DNA from: Clostridia bacterium
GTDB lineage: Bacteria > Bacillota > Clostridia > Oscillospirales > Acutalibacteraceae
Reading direction: 5' to 3'
DNA: 32,000 nucleotides
Assembly: GCA_017435665.1 (NCBI GenBank)
Contig: JAFSEP010000064.1
Location: 5,357-37,356, forward strand
Shown: piece after piece, positions 15,647 through 24,114 of the stretch
How positions within the stretch are numbered: position 1 is the first letter of the stretch
Layout: each line of letters opens with the position of its first letter
Position numbers and translations under genes: made by a program
Notes under the pieces: generated by a model
Seen by the model: the letters and a program-made list of their open reading frames with translations, nothing else
What the model was told of the DNA's origin: nothing
The model's database searches: none

Positions 15647-16222
15647 ATGAAAAAAATAAGCACAAGAAAAATCGCATTACTCGCCATGCTTTCGGCTATG
15701 GCATTTGTTCTGTTCCTTTTTGAAATTCCCCTTATTCCCGGTAATTCATATCTCAAGCTCGATATAAGCGACGTTCCCGCCCTTGCGGGAGGTGTGTTGC
15801 TCGGCCCCGTTTCTGCGGTTATAATCGAAGCTGTTAAAAACATAATCGAGCTTCTTGTCAAGGGCATGGGATCACAGCTGGGCTTCGGTAACATAATGAA
15901 TTTTGTGGTAGGTGTAGCCTACGTTGTGCCGTTTGCCTTAGCTTATAAGGGCACTGTCAAAAAATATAAAACCGAAATTGCCGTGCTTATATCTTCGGCA
16001 ATCGGTCTTGTTTCAATTGTGGTTCTCGGTATCTGCGGAAACTATGTTATTGCACCCTTGTTCTTCAGATACTTTATGAATACAATACTCACAGGAGATG
16101 CTCTGTGGACTGCTATATGGTCAGCAACGATATTAAATCTTGTGAAGGGCGTTTTCCTGAGCATTGTCAGCTTTCCGCTTATAAAGGTGGTCTGTGAAAG
16201 AATAAAGAAGCTCATTATATAA
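15647..16222 (+). CDS. ribU: ECF-transporter S component, riboflavin-specific (RibU-like)
   Basis: 191-aa polytopic membrane protein (TRKIALLAMLSAMAFVLFLFEIPL...) directly downstream of an FMN riboswitch. The RBS is GGAGGA. Confidence 0.8.
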   Translation: MKKISTRKIALLAMLSAMAFVLFLFEIPLIPGNSYLKLDISDVPALAGGVLLGPVSAVIIEAVKNIIELLVKGMGSQLGFGNIMNFVVGVAYVVPFALAYKGTVKKYKTEIAVLISSAIGLVSIVVLGICGNYVIAPLFFRYFMNTILTGDALWTAIWSATILNLVKGVFLSIVSFPLIKVVCERIKKLII

Positions 16223-16249
16223 ATTTTTGTTAAATTTTTTCTGCAAATC

Positions 16250-16278
16250 TTGACGAAAGCAGGATGGCAGTATATAAT
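16250..16278 (+). promoter_or_regulatory. Sigma-A promoter for the SAM riboswitch-metK unit
   Basis: TTGACG is at 16250-16255, followed by a 17-nt spacer and TATAAT at 16273-16278. Confidence 0.65.
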
Positions 16279-16295
16279 AGCAACATAATTAAATA

Positions 16296-16437
16296 TTCCT
16301 TATTAAGAGTAGCTGAGGGAACAGGCCCTGTGAAGCTCGGCAACCTGCATAAATGCAAGGTGCTAAGTCCTGCGGTATGACCGAAAGATAAGGTGTCATA
16401 AAGGCATTACTGTGCGGTCAGAAATGACCGCATTTTT
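16296..16437 (+). promoter_or_regulatory. SAM-I riboswitch (S-box) with terminator
   Basis: The sequence CTTATTAAGAGTAGCTGAGGGAACAGGCCCTGTGAAGCTCGGCAACC...GGTGCTAAGTCCTGC...AGATAAGG matches the S-box core with P1 closure. The terminator GCGGTCA-GAAA-TGACCGC (16414-16431) is followed by ATTTTT. Confidence 0.9.
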
Positions 16438-16484
16438 CTTTGCCGGAAGGACCAAATAAGGAAAGAGAAAGGATGTAAATTATT

Positions 16485-17669
16485 ATGGCAAAAAGACTTT
16501 TTACTTCAGAATCAGTAACAGAAGGACATCCCGATAAAATCTGCGACCAGATTTCAGATGCAGTTCTGGATGAGCTTCTTGCACACGACCCTATGTCAAG
16601 AGTTGCCTGCGAAACAGCAACAACAACAGGTATGGTTCTTGTTATGGGTGAAATCACATCAGAGCATAAGGCAGACATTCCAAAGATTGTACGCAAGGTT
16701 GTGACCGAAATCGGCTATGACGATTCGGCAAAGGGCTTTGACGGAAACAGCTGTAACGTTCTTGTTGCACTTGATGAGCAGTCAGGTGACATTGCTATGG
16801 GCGTTGACAAGTCTCTCGAGCTCAAGGACGGTAAGGAGGAAGCATATAACCTTAACGGTGCAGGTGACCAGGGTATGATGTTCGGCTATGCCTGCAACGA
16901 AACCCCCGAGCTTATGCCCCTTCCCATTTCCCTTGCCCACAAGCTGGCTCTTCAGCTGACAAAGGTACGTAAGGACGGAATTCTTCCCTATCTCCGTGCA
17001 GACGGTAAGACTCAGGTAACAATCGAATATGATGACGATAAGCCTGTTGCAGTTGAAACAATCGTTGTTTCTTCACAGCACAGCGCTGACGTTTCTCTTG
17101 AACAGATCCGTAAGGATATCGTTGAATATGTTATAAGCCCCATCGTTCCCGAGGAGCTTATCAGAGAAAGCACAAAGATTTTCGTTAACCCCACAGGCAG
17201 ATTTGTTGTTGGCGGTCCCAACGGAGACAGCGGTCTTACAGGCAGAAAGATTATCGTTGACACCTACGGCGGTTATTCACGTCACGGCGGCGGTGCCTTC
17301 AGCGGTAAGGATCCCACAAAGGTTGACCGTTCAGCAGCTTATGCCGCAAGATATGTTGCAAAGAACGTTGTTGCCGCGGGTCTTGCAGACAAGTGTGAGG
17401 TTCAGCTTGCATACGCTATCGGTGTTGCAAAGCCCGTTTCTGTCAGAGTTGATACCTTCGGCACAGGTAAGCTTTCAGATGAAAAGCTGGATGAGATCGT
17501 TACTCAGGTATTTGATCTTCGTCCCGCAGCAATTATTGATACACTCAAGCTCCGTCAGCCCATCTACCGTCAGCTTGCTGCTTACGGTCACATCGGCAGA
17601 GAGGATCTCGGTGTTGAATGGGAAAAGACAAACAGAGTAGACGATCTTAAAAAGCTTGCAGGAATCTGA
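16485..17669 (+). CDS. metK: S-adenosylmethionine synthetase
   Basis: 394 aa with canonical MetK motifs: [53 protein letters not shown] and [19 protein letters not shown]. Confidence 0.97.
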   Translation: MAKRLFTSESVTEGHPDKICDQISDAVLDELLAHDPMSRVACETATTTGMVLVMGEITSEHKADIPKIVRKVVTEIGYDDSAKGFDGNSCNVLVALDEQSGDIAMGVDKSLELKDGKEEAYNLNGAGDQGMMFGYACNETPELMPLPISLAHKLALQLTKVRKDGILPYLRADGKTQVTIEYDDDKPVAVETIVVSSQHSADVSLEQIRKDIVEYVISPIVPEELIRESTKIFVNPTGRFVVGGPNGDSGLTGRKIIVDTYGGYSRHGGGAFSGKDPTKVDRSAAYAARYVAKNVVAAGLADKCEVQLAYAIGVAKPVSVRVDTFGTGKLSDEKLDEIVTQVFDLRPAAIIDTLKLRQPIYRQLAAYGHIGREDLGVEWEKTNRVDDLKKLAGI

Positions 17670-17689
17670 TTTTCAAAGAGGTGTTCGCT

Positions 17690-18412
17690 ATGTCAAAGAT
17701 AATTGCCCACAGAGGCTTCAGCGGTAAGTATCCCGAAAACACAATGCTTGCCTTTTCAAAAGCAGTCGAAATCGGTGCTGACGGTATAGAGCTCGACGTA
17801 CACTTCACAAAAGACGGCGAGATTGTTATAATCCACGATGAAACTATCGACAGAACAACTGACGGAACGGGCTTTGTCAGGGATTATACCTATGAGGAGC
17901 TTTCAAGGTTCAACGCATACGGAAGATTTGAAGGTCAGTTTGAGTTTCAGAGAATACCCACACTCAGAGAATACTTTGAGCTTGTGAAGGATGTTGAGGG
18001 CTTCATAACAAATATTGAGCTCAAGACGGGTATCTTCGAATATGAGGGCATAGAAAAGGCTGTAATTGATCTTGTGAAGGAATTCGGTCTTGAGGACAGA
18101 ACAATACTTTCAAGCTTCAATCACTTTACGGTTATGCGTTGCAAGGAATATGAGCCTTCAATCAAAACAGGCTTTCTTGTTGAAAGCTGGATAATCGGTA
18201 TGGGCGAGTATACAAAGAGCCACGGCATTGACTGTGTTCATCCCATTTTTGTAAACCTCAAGCCTGAGCTTTATGCAGAAATGAAGAATGCAGGCAGAGA
18301 GGTAAACACCTGGACGGTAAATGAATATGATGATATCAGAAGACTTGCCGATATGGGTGTTGATGCACTTATCGGAAATTATCCCGACAGAATGACAGAG
18401 CTTCTCAGATAA
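17690..18412 (+). CDS. Glycerophosphodiester phosphodiesterase family protein
   Basis: GDPD motifs are IAHRGFSGKYPENTMLAF, GADGIELDVHFTKDGEIVIIHDETIDRTT and NIELK. ATG 17690 lies 8 nt after AAGAGG, so I prefer it over the tracked GTG at 17681. Confidence 0.9.
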   Translation: MSKIIAHRGFSGKYPENTMLAFSKAVEIGADGIELDVHFTKDGEIVIIHDETIDRTTDGTGFVRDYTYEELSRFNAYGRFEGQFEFQRIPTLREYFELVKDVEGFITNIELKTGIFEYEGIEKAVIDLVKEFGLEDRTILSSFNHFTVMRCKEYEPSIKTGFLVESWIIGMGEYTKSHGIDCVHPIFVNLKPELYAEMKNAGREVNTWTVNEYDDIRRLADMGVDALIGNYPDRMTELLR

Positions 18413-18416
18413 AATC

Positions 18417-18454
18417 AAAGGCGGTACGGTCAGCTAAAGCTCCGTATCGCCTTT
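18417..18454. terminator. Hairpin between convergent GDPD and cca genes (possible bidirectional terminator)
   Basis: AAAGGCGGTACGG (18417-18429) pairs with CCGTATCGCCTTT (18442-18454) with one G-T wobble. The flanks are A- and T-rich, and the cca stop lies in the loop. Confidence 0.5.
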
Positions 18455-19581
18455 ATTAATTCTTCTTTGGTATTCTCTGTTTTTTCGTTTATAACATCGT
18501 CAAGCAGTCTGTTCAGTATTCCGCCGATTTTATGGGATTCAACCCCGAGGGAAAGGATATCCTTTCCCGTGACGGCAAGCTGAGAAAGCTGATAACACTC
18601 ACCGCCTGATTTGATTTCCCCGTACCATCTCAGAGCATCTGTATTGCCTGAGCAGGTGAGATATTTCACAACATTTTCTTCCTTGAAGGCACCCAGCATT
18701 TTCTTTAATTCAATTTTGTTTTCGGGAGCCTCCATAGCACTCAGCTGTGATATGCTTTCGCAGACCTTTTTCGGAAGCCTGAGTGCAGTCAGCAATGCTT
18801 CATTGTGCGGATTATGCTTTATAAGAAGGGACATTCTGTATTCAAAATCCTCAGCAGAGGAGGAAAATTCATCGATATAGTTCTTCTGTATTTCAAAATC
18901 GGGGATAACTGCTTTTAAAACAGGCAAAAAGCCCTCAAGGACGTACCCTGTATTTTTACCGATAAGCATTTTTCTGAATTCCTCGGTAATTCGCTCTTTT
19001 GAAATATTTTGGAGCAGGGGAGCACAGCAGAGCATAGCGTTCGCTGTCTTTGCTTCAACGGTAAAGCCGAGCGAGGAAGCAAATCTCAGGCCCCTGAGAA
19101 TTCGCAGGGCATCCTCGGTGAAGCGCTTTTCTGCTTCACCTATGCAGCGGATTGTTTTACCTTTGATATCGTCAATTCCGCCGAAAAGGTCAATAAGACC
19201 GTCTTTTTCGTTATAGCAAAGGGCGTTGACGGTGTAATCACGCCTTGAAAGGTCATCACGGAGATTACGTGAGAAGGTTACGCTGTCAGGGTGTCGGGAA
19301 TCGGTGTATTCTCCGTCCACACGGAAGGTTGTGCATTCAAATATCTCATTGTCTGCGAAAACGGCAACGGTGCCGTGCTTTATGCCCGTTGTAAGAACAC
19401 GGTAAGAGGAGAAAATTTCAAGCATTTCATCAGCTGTTGCATCTGTGGTTATGTCAAAATCAAAGGGTTCTTTACCCATAATCTGGTCTCTTATGCAACC
19501 GCCTACCGCATAGGCCTTACGGTTATTGCTTTCGAGAAGCGACATTATTTCCTTCGCACCGTTACTTAGCGTGATATTCAT
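18430..19581 (-). CDS. cca: CCA-adding enzyme / tRNA nucleotidyltransferase (poly(A) polymerase family, no HD domain)
   Basis: 383 aa. Supporting segments are AYAVGGCIRDQIMGKEPFDFDITT, RRDYTVNAL and RILRGLRFASSLGF. GGAGAG is upstream. Confidence 0.85.
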   Translation of the reverse strand: MNITLSNGAKEIMSLLESNNRKAYAVGGCIRDQIMGKEPFDFDITTDATADEMLEIFSSYRVLTTGIKHGTVAVFADNEIFECTTFRVDGEYTDSRHPDSVTFSRNLRDDLSRRDYTVNALCYNEKDGLIDLFGGIDDIKGKTIRCIGEAEKRFTEDALRILRGLRFASSLGFTVEAKTANAMLCCAPLLQNISKERITEEFRKMLIGKNTGYVLEGFLPVLKAVIPDFEIQKNYIDEFSSSAEDFEYRMSLLIKHNPHNEALLTALRLPKKVCESISQLSAMEAPENKIELKKMLGAFKEENVVKYLTCSGNTDALRWYGEIKSGGECYQLSQLAVTGKDILSLGVESHKIGGILNRLLDDVINEKTENTKEELIKAIRSFS

Positions 19582-19652
19582 AGCTCTCTCCTTCCTTTGC
19601 TTTTATGCTTTATTATACATCAGCAAAAGAAATATGTCTATATAATATGTTG

Positions 19653-19681
19653 TTTACAAAAGGAATTTTTTTGTGTATAAT
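19653..19681 (+). promoter_or_regulatory. Putative promoter for the ArsC-family/DUF896 genes
   Basis: TTTACA is at 19653-19658, followed by a 17-nt spacer and TATAAT at 19676-19681. Confidence 0.5.
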
Positions 19682-19709
19682 ATATCCGATCAAAAAACAG
19701 GAGACGGTT

Positions 19710-20051
19710 ATGAATATACAGATTTACGGAAAAGCCAAGTGCTTTGATACTAAGAAGGCTGAACGCTATTTTAAGGAGCGCAAAATAAAATACCAGCTTA
19801 TTGACCTGAAAAAATACGGTATGAGCAAGGGTGAATACACAAGCATCAAAAGGGCGGTAGGTTCTATGGAAGCTCTGCTTGATACTTCCTCAAAGGAATA
19901 TGAGGTAGGCTTTATGAAATATCTTGCAAGCGAAGAAGCAAAGGAAGAAAAGCTGCTTGAAAATCAGGGAATGTTCAAAACTCCCATAGTAAGAAACGGA
20001 AAGCTTGCAACGGTTGGTTATCAGCCCGAAATATGGAAGAACTGGGAATGA
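19710..20051 (+). CDS. ArsC/Spx-family (glutaredoxin-fold) protein, 113 aa
   Basis: I use the internal ATG 19710, which follows AGGAGA. The segment MNIQIYGKAKCFDTKKAERYFKERKIKYQLIDL...KTPIVRNGKLATVGY is typical of the ArsC/YffB family. The tracked N-terminal 35 aa lie in promoter DNA. Confidence 0.8.
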   Translation: MNIQIYGKAKCFDTKKAERYFKERKIKYQLIDLKKYGMSKGEYTSIKRAVGSMEALLDTSSKEYEVGFMKYLASEEAKEEKLLENQGMFKTPIVRNGKLATVGYQPEIWKNWE

Positions 20052-20060
20052 GGTGTAAAA

Positions 20061-20276
20061 ATGGAACAAAAGAAAATGGACAGAATCAGTGAGCTTTACA
20101 GAAAGTCAAAGGATGTGGGTCTCACAGAGGAAGAAAAGGCAGAGCAGAAACAGCTCAGAGAGGAATATATAATGTCCTTCAAGAGAAGCCTTGTTTCTCA
20201 GCTTGAAAACACTTATATTGTTGACGAAAAAGGCAACAAGCGTAAGGTAGAAAAGAAAAACGGTACTAAGAACTGA
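20061..20276 (+). CDS. DUF896 (UPF0291/YnzC-like) small protein
   Basis: The pattern MDRISELYRKSKDVGLTEEEKAEQKQLREEYIMSFKRSLVSQLE is the characteristic DUF896 pattern. Confidence 0.75.
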   Translation: MEQKKMDRISELYRKSKDVGLTEEEKAEQKQLREEYIMSFKRSLVSQLENTYIVDEKGNKRKVEKKNGTKN

Positions 20277-20279
20277 TCA

Positions 20280-20831
20280 TTATTCCCGATTTTCAGCGAG
20301 AGTATAATTCTCCTGAAACTCGGGAATTTCTGTGGGTGAAACAGGTGTGAATTCGTTGAAATTCACATAAAACAGATTGCCTGCATCAGTTGAAATAAAA
20401 CCGTATGTCAGGTCCTTTTCAAATATGTAGGATTTACAGAAGCTGTCGGAACTGAGATGCTTCTCCATATTCAGTCCTTCGGTGATTTGATCGGCTTTAG
20501 CTGTATCACCGTCTGTGATACAGTTAATAATATCCTTGGCAAGGTTTTCCATATTTTCTGAGGAGACATTATCCCCACAGAGATTTATTCTGCTGACCTT
20601 GTTCAGGCTTCTGTCAACGGTGACGGACAGAAGAATACCGTCAAGCTCAGTGCAGTAATCGGTTTTATCCCGGTCTGTGTAAGAGATGAAATCTTCCTTT
20701 TTTATCGAGCTTCCCGAAACGGCATTATATTTTTCAATAAAGGAATCAACATTATAAAGATGCTCTTTGGAACAGGCAGAAAGCATAAGCATCATAACGG
20801 TAACCAAAGCTATAATTTTAAATTTCATCAT
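20280..20831 (-). CDS. Lipoprotein of unknown function (183 aa)
   Basis: The signal peptide with lipobox is MMLMLSACS. GGGAGA serves as RBS. I recognise no family. Confidence 0.7.
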   Translation of the reverse strand: MMKFKIIALVTVMMLMLSACSKEHLYNVDSFIEKYNAVSGSSIKKEDFISYTDRDKTDYCTELDGILLSVTVDRSLNKVSRINLCGDNVSSENMENLAKDIINCITDGDTAKADQITEGLNMEKHLSSDSFCKSYIFEKDLTYGFISTDAGNLFYVNFNEFTPVSPTEIPEFQENYTLAENRE

Positions 20832-20920
20832 ATTTCTCCCGTAAAATGCAGTTTATATGTTAAAATCTATTCTCAAAAGTTCATATATATTAAAAGATGT
20901 ATTAAAAATTCTAAAATCAT

Positions 20921-20949
20921 TTGATTATTTCGGAAATTTATTGTAAAAT
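20921..20949 (+). promoter_or_regulatory. Putative promoter for the adaptor/permease pair
   Basis: TTGATT is at 20921-20926, followed by a 17-nt spacer and TAAAAT at 20944-20949. Confidence 0.45.
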
Positions 20950-21011
20950 CAATGCTGTTACAGTTGCTCAGCAATAAATAAAAACAAATAACCTTAAAGG
21001 ATGGTTTATAA

Positions 21012-22580
21012 ATGAAAAACAAGAACAAGAATAAGAAAAAAATAACCAAGGCGGATGTGGATGATATGATTACAATGTATGACAAGCTCGGAGTTATGGA
21101 GAAGTTTATGGCTCTCTCAAGCGGAAAGAGACTTGCAATTGCATCTGTTGCAGTTTGTCTCGTTATAGCACTTATTGCGGGCATAGTTGTTGTTGCCACA
21201 CCGGACTATGCTGCTGAGGTATCCCTTGTTGAAGTTACCACGGGAGATGTAACCGAAACAATTTCTTCAACAGGTACTGTTGTTTCAAAGTCAAAGTCTG
21301 TGTATAAGATTTTTGACGGTGTGAAGGTAAAGGACGTAAAGGTAGCTTTAGGTGAAAATGTTGAAAAGGGTCAGGTTCTTGCAACCTTTGACTGCGCTGA
21401 AGCACAGACTCTTGTTGAACAGAAAAAGGATGCATATGAGCAGGCTAAGAAAACCTATGAGGACGGAATAAAGGCTGCAAAGGAAGCAAAACAGACACTT
21501 CCCGAGCTTGAAAAGGAGCTTGCAAAGCTGGAAAAGGAAATCGAAGCAGCAAAGGCTGCCGAGGAAGCAAAGGGTGAGCAGTCAGCACCCACAGAGGAGC
21601 AGAATTCAATTCTTGAAAGAATTGAAGCCATTGTAGAAAATCTTTCAAATTTAGGCGTCAGCTTCGATATGTCATCAATGCTCGGCTCAGGCTCAGAGTC
21701 TATGACGCTTCAGCTTGAATATGTTGAGCTTCTTGCACAGAAGGCAACTCTTGAAGCTCAGTCAAACGATACCGTTCAGTCCGTATATAAGACGATTATG
21801 GACACATCGAAGAAAACATATGACGATTATCAGGATACCTATAATAAGCTCAAGGACGGCTGGAAGGCTGAAAAGGACGGTATAGTCACAACCCTCAATA
21901 TTGCAAAGGGAGATGTTTTCAGCACTCAGAGCTCAGGCAGTGCAGGTCAGTCTATTGACCTTAACACGATTATGTCTGCCATGAACGAGGGTATCGACGT
22001 AAGCTCACTTGTTTCAAGCTTTACCGCATCGAATATTTCAACAGGCATTGTTATTGATAACTATGACGATTTTGAGATAGACTTTACCATCAGCAAATAC
22101 GATATTCCCAAGGTAAAGCTTAATCAGAAGGCTACGGTTACGGCACTTGATGAAGAGTTTGCGGGCAAGGTTTCATATATCAGCCCCACAATTCAGAGCT
22201 CATCGGGTCTTGACCTGAGCTCAATCGCCGGCTCACTTACGGGCGGAGCTGCTTCTTCAGGCGGTCTTGATGCGAAAATTAAGATTGATAAGCCCAATTC
22301 ATCGGTAATTATCGGTCTGACCGTTGATATTGTTATTGAAACAAACTCGGTTACCGGAACTACCGTTGTACCTCTTGAGGGCATTGAGATTGACGGAAGC
22401 TCTTACTATGTATACGTATACAACGAGGATTCAAGGACTATCGAAAAGCGTGAGCTTGAGGTTGGTATTTCCTCTGATACAACATATCAGATTATTTCAG
22501 GCTGTCAGGTAGGGGATAAGCTGGTTAAGAATCCCACCAATGCCCTTGTTGACGGCTCAATGGTCAAAGTTACAGGATAA
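21012..22580 (+). CDS. HlyD/MacA-type periplasmic adaptor (membrane-fusion) protein with long coiled-coil and Ser/Gly-rich inserts
   Basis: 522 aa with an N-terminal TM (LAIASVAVCLVIALIAGIVVVA). It has a lipoyl-like segment (GTVVSKSKSVYKIFDGVKVKDVKVALGENVEKGQVLATFD), a coiled-coil (AKEAKQTLPELEKELAKLEKEIEAAKAAEEAK) and a beta-barrel segment (NQKATVTALDEEFAGKVSYISP). Confidence 0.85.
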   Translation: MKNKNKNKKKITKADVDDMITMYDKLGVMEKFMALSSGKRLAIASVAVCLVIALIAGIVVVATPDYAAEVSLVEVTTGDVTETISSTGTVVSKSKSVYKIFDGVKVKDVKVALGENVEKGQVLATFDCAEAQTLVEQKKDAYEQAKKTYEDGIKAAKEAKQTLPELEKELAKLEKEIEAAKAAEEAKGEQSAPTEEQNSILERIEAIVENLSNLGVSFDMSSMLGSGSESMTLQLEYVELLAQKATLEAQSNDTVQSVYKTIMDTSKKTYDDYQDTYNKLKDGWKAEKDGIVTTLNIAKGDVFSTQSSGSAGQSIDLNTIMSAMNEGIDVSSLVSSFTASNISTGIVIDNYDDFEIDFTISKYDIPKVKLNQKATVTALDEEFAGKVSYISPTIQSSSGLDLSSIAGSLTGGAASSGGLDAKIKIDKPNSSVIIGLTVDIVIETNSVTGTTVVPLEGIEIDGSSYYVYVYNEDSRTIEKRELEVGISSDTTYQIISGCQVGDKLVKNPTNALVDGSMVKVTG

Positions 22581-22595
22581 CGGAGGGGCACGGCT

Positions 22596-23840
22596 TTGGA
22601 TATATTTGAAAACATAAGGATTGCCGTTTTCAGTATCAAGACAAATCTTATGCGCTCACTTCTGACAATGCTGGGTATCATCATAGGTGTTGCATCCGTT
22701 ATTGCAATTATCACCGTCGGTCAGGGCGGCAGAGACTATATCGTGGGAATGATCAAGGATATGGGTGCAAGCTGTGTTCAATTTACCGTTGATACCAGTG
22801 TAGCAAGTAAGAGTGATTACGTTACTGAAAAGGATATTGAGGCATTGAGAAACCTTGAGTCGGTTGAATATGTTTCACCGATGAATATGACTATGGGCAC
22901 CATGGAAAGCCGGACAACAAGCGGTATGGCTATGGTTATGGGCGGTTCACATGAGCTGGGCAAGATGCTTAATATGACACCGAAATACGGACGCTTCCCC
23001 ACAAACGAGGAGGGGGCAAACGGCAAGATGGTTGCAGTTATTGACCCCATGAGTGCATACACCTTCTTCGGCAAGGAAAATGCCGTTGGTGAAAGCATCA
23101 CTCTTAATGCTCTTACGGGAACGACGCTTACATTCAAGATTGTTGGTGTTGTTGATATGACGGCTATGATGGGCTCAAGCGAAGATATGGCATTAATGAT
23201 GGAGCAAAGTCAGGATATGATGACTATGACCGGCGGTATGCTTATCATCCCTTCAACAATCGTTGCCGACCTTAACGGTAATCCCGGTGCATACGAATCA
23301 CTGTATCTCAGTGCAGTAAATGAAAGTGAGCTTGACAGCGTGGGTGAATCTGCGGTTAAGCTTATGAAGGTCAGACACAATAACGCTGACCGTGATTTAT
23401 ATAATTATGTTAATATGGCAACCTATATCGATCTTCTCAACACGGTTATAAACGTGTTCACCATATTTATTGCTGCAGTAAGTGCTATTTCTCTTATAGT
23501 CGGCGGTATCGGTGTTATGAACATTATGCTTGTTTCCGTTACGGAAAGAACAAGGGAAATCGGTATCAGAAAGGCACTCGGTGCAAAAACAAGGACAATT
23601 ATGTTCCAGTTCCTGACCGAATCTGTTATCCTTTGTCTTATAGGCGGACTTGTGGGAATGGCGCTTGGCGTCGGAGGTGCAATGCTGGTATCCTATGTTA
23701 TGAAGATTCCTATTGCAATCCACTTCAGCACTATTGCGATAGCCGTGGGCTTCTCAAGTGCAATCGGTATTTTCTTCGGTATCAATCCTGCAAGAAGGGC
23801 AGCAAAGATGCTTCCCATAGAGGCACTGAGAAGAGAATAA
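22596..23840 (+). CDS. MacB-type ABC transporter permease (MacB_PCD plus FtsX domains)
   Basis: 414 aa with a TTG start after GGAGGGG. Supporting segments are NLMRSLLTMLGIIIGVASVIAI and TERTREIGIRKALGAKTRTIMFQFLTESVILCLIGGLVG, and the C-terminus is GINPARRAAKMLPIEALR. Confidence 0.9.
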   Translation: MDIFENIRIAVFSIKTNLMRSLLTMLGIIIGVASVIAIITVGQGGRDYIVGMIKDMGASCVQFTVDTSVASKSDYVTEKDIEALRNLESVEYVSPMNMTMGTMESRTTSGMAMVMGGSHELGKMLNMTPKYGRFPTNEEGANGKMVAVIDPMSAYTFFGKENAVGESITLNALTGTTLTFKIVGVVDMTAMMGSSEDMALMMEQSQDMMTMTGGMLIIPSTIVADLNGNPGAYESLYLSAVNESELDSVGESAVKLMKVRHNNADRDLYNYVNMATYIDLLNTVINVFTIFIAAVSAISLIVGGIGVMNIMLVSVTERTREIGIRKALGAKTRTIMFQFLTESVILCLIGGLVGMALGVGGAMLVSYVMKIPIAIHFSTIAIAVGFSSAIGIFFGINPARRAAKMLPIEALRRE

Positions 23841-23851
23841 AGCGTATAATG

Positions 23852-23893
23852 GCTCCGTATCGGAAGATTCTGATGCGGAGCGTATTTGTTTTC
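23852..23893 (+). terminator. Intrinsic terminator after the permease gene
   Basis: GCTCCGTAT pairs with ATGCGGAGC (one G-T wobble) and is followed by GTATTTGTTTTCTT. Confidence 0.55.
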
Positions 23894-24114
23894 TTGGATA
23901 AATGTGTACTGCTACGGGCTTTAGAATCAGTTTTAATAATTCTTTACAGAGAGTTAACAAAGTTTTCAGTTTTTTCTTCTTCTTTTGCTACTTTTTTAAC
24001 AAACGAACTGCTTGAAAGTGTTAGAATAATATTCGGATTATTATATGCATCCGGTGTCTGCACTTTGAAGGAAGCGTGACATCACAAAATGTAATCAAAA
24101 AGGAGAATGAATCA

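Noticed and set aside
15235-15894. 219-aa minus-strand ORF
   Set aside because: It is antisense to the manA 3' end, the whole FMN riboswitch and the ribU 5' end. Its composition is Ser/Arg/Pro-rich, typical of an antisense frame. The sense-strand features are strongly supported.
17203-17640. 145-aa plus-strand ORF inside metK
   Set aside because: It is an alternative frame of metK, which is unambiguous. It is an out-of-frame artefact.
20873-21199. 108-aa minus-strand ORF upstream of and overlapping the adaptor gene
   Set aside because: It covers the AT-rich promoter region and the 5' end of the HlyD-like gene in antisense. Its hydrophobic low-complexity sequence derives from A/T runs.
23633-24079. 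148-aa plus-strand ORF spanning the permease 3' end and the following intergenic region
   Set aside because: It overlaps the FtsX domain in another frame, reads through the terminator at 23852-23893 and has no RBS.
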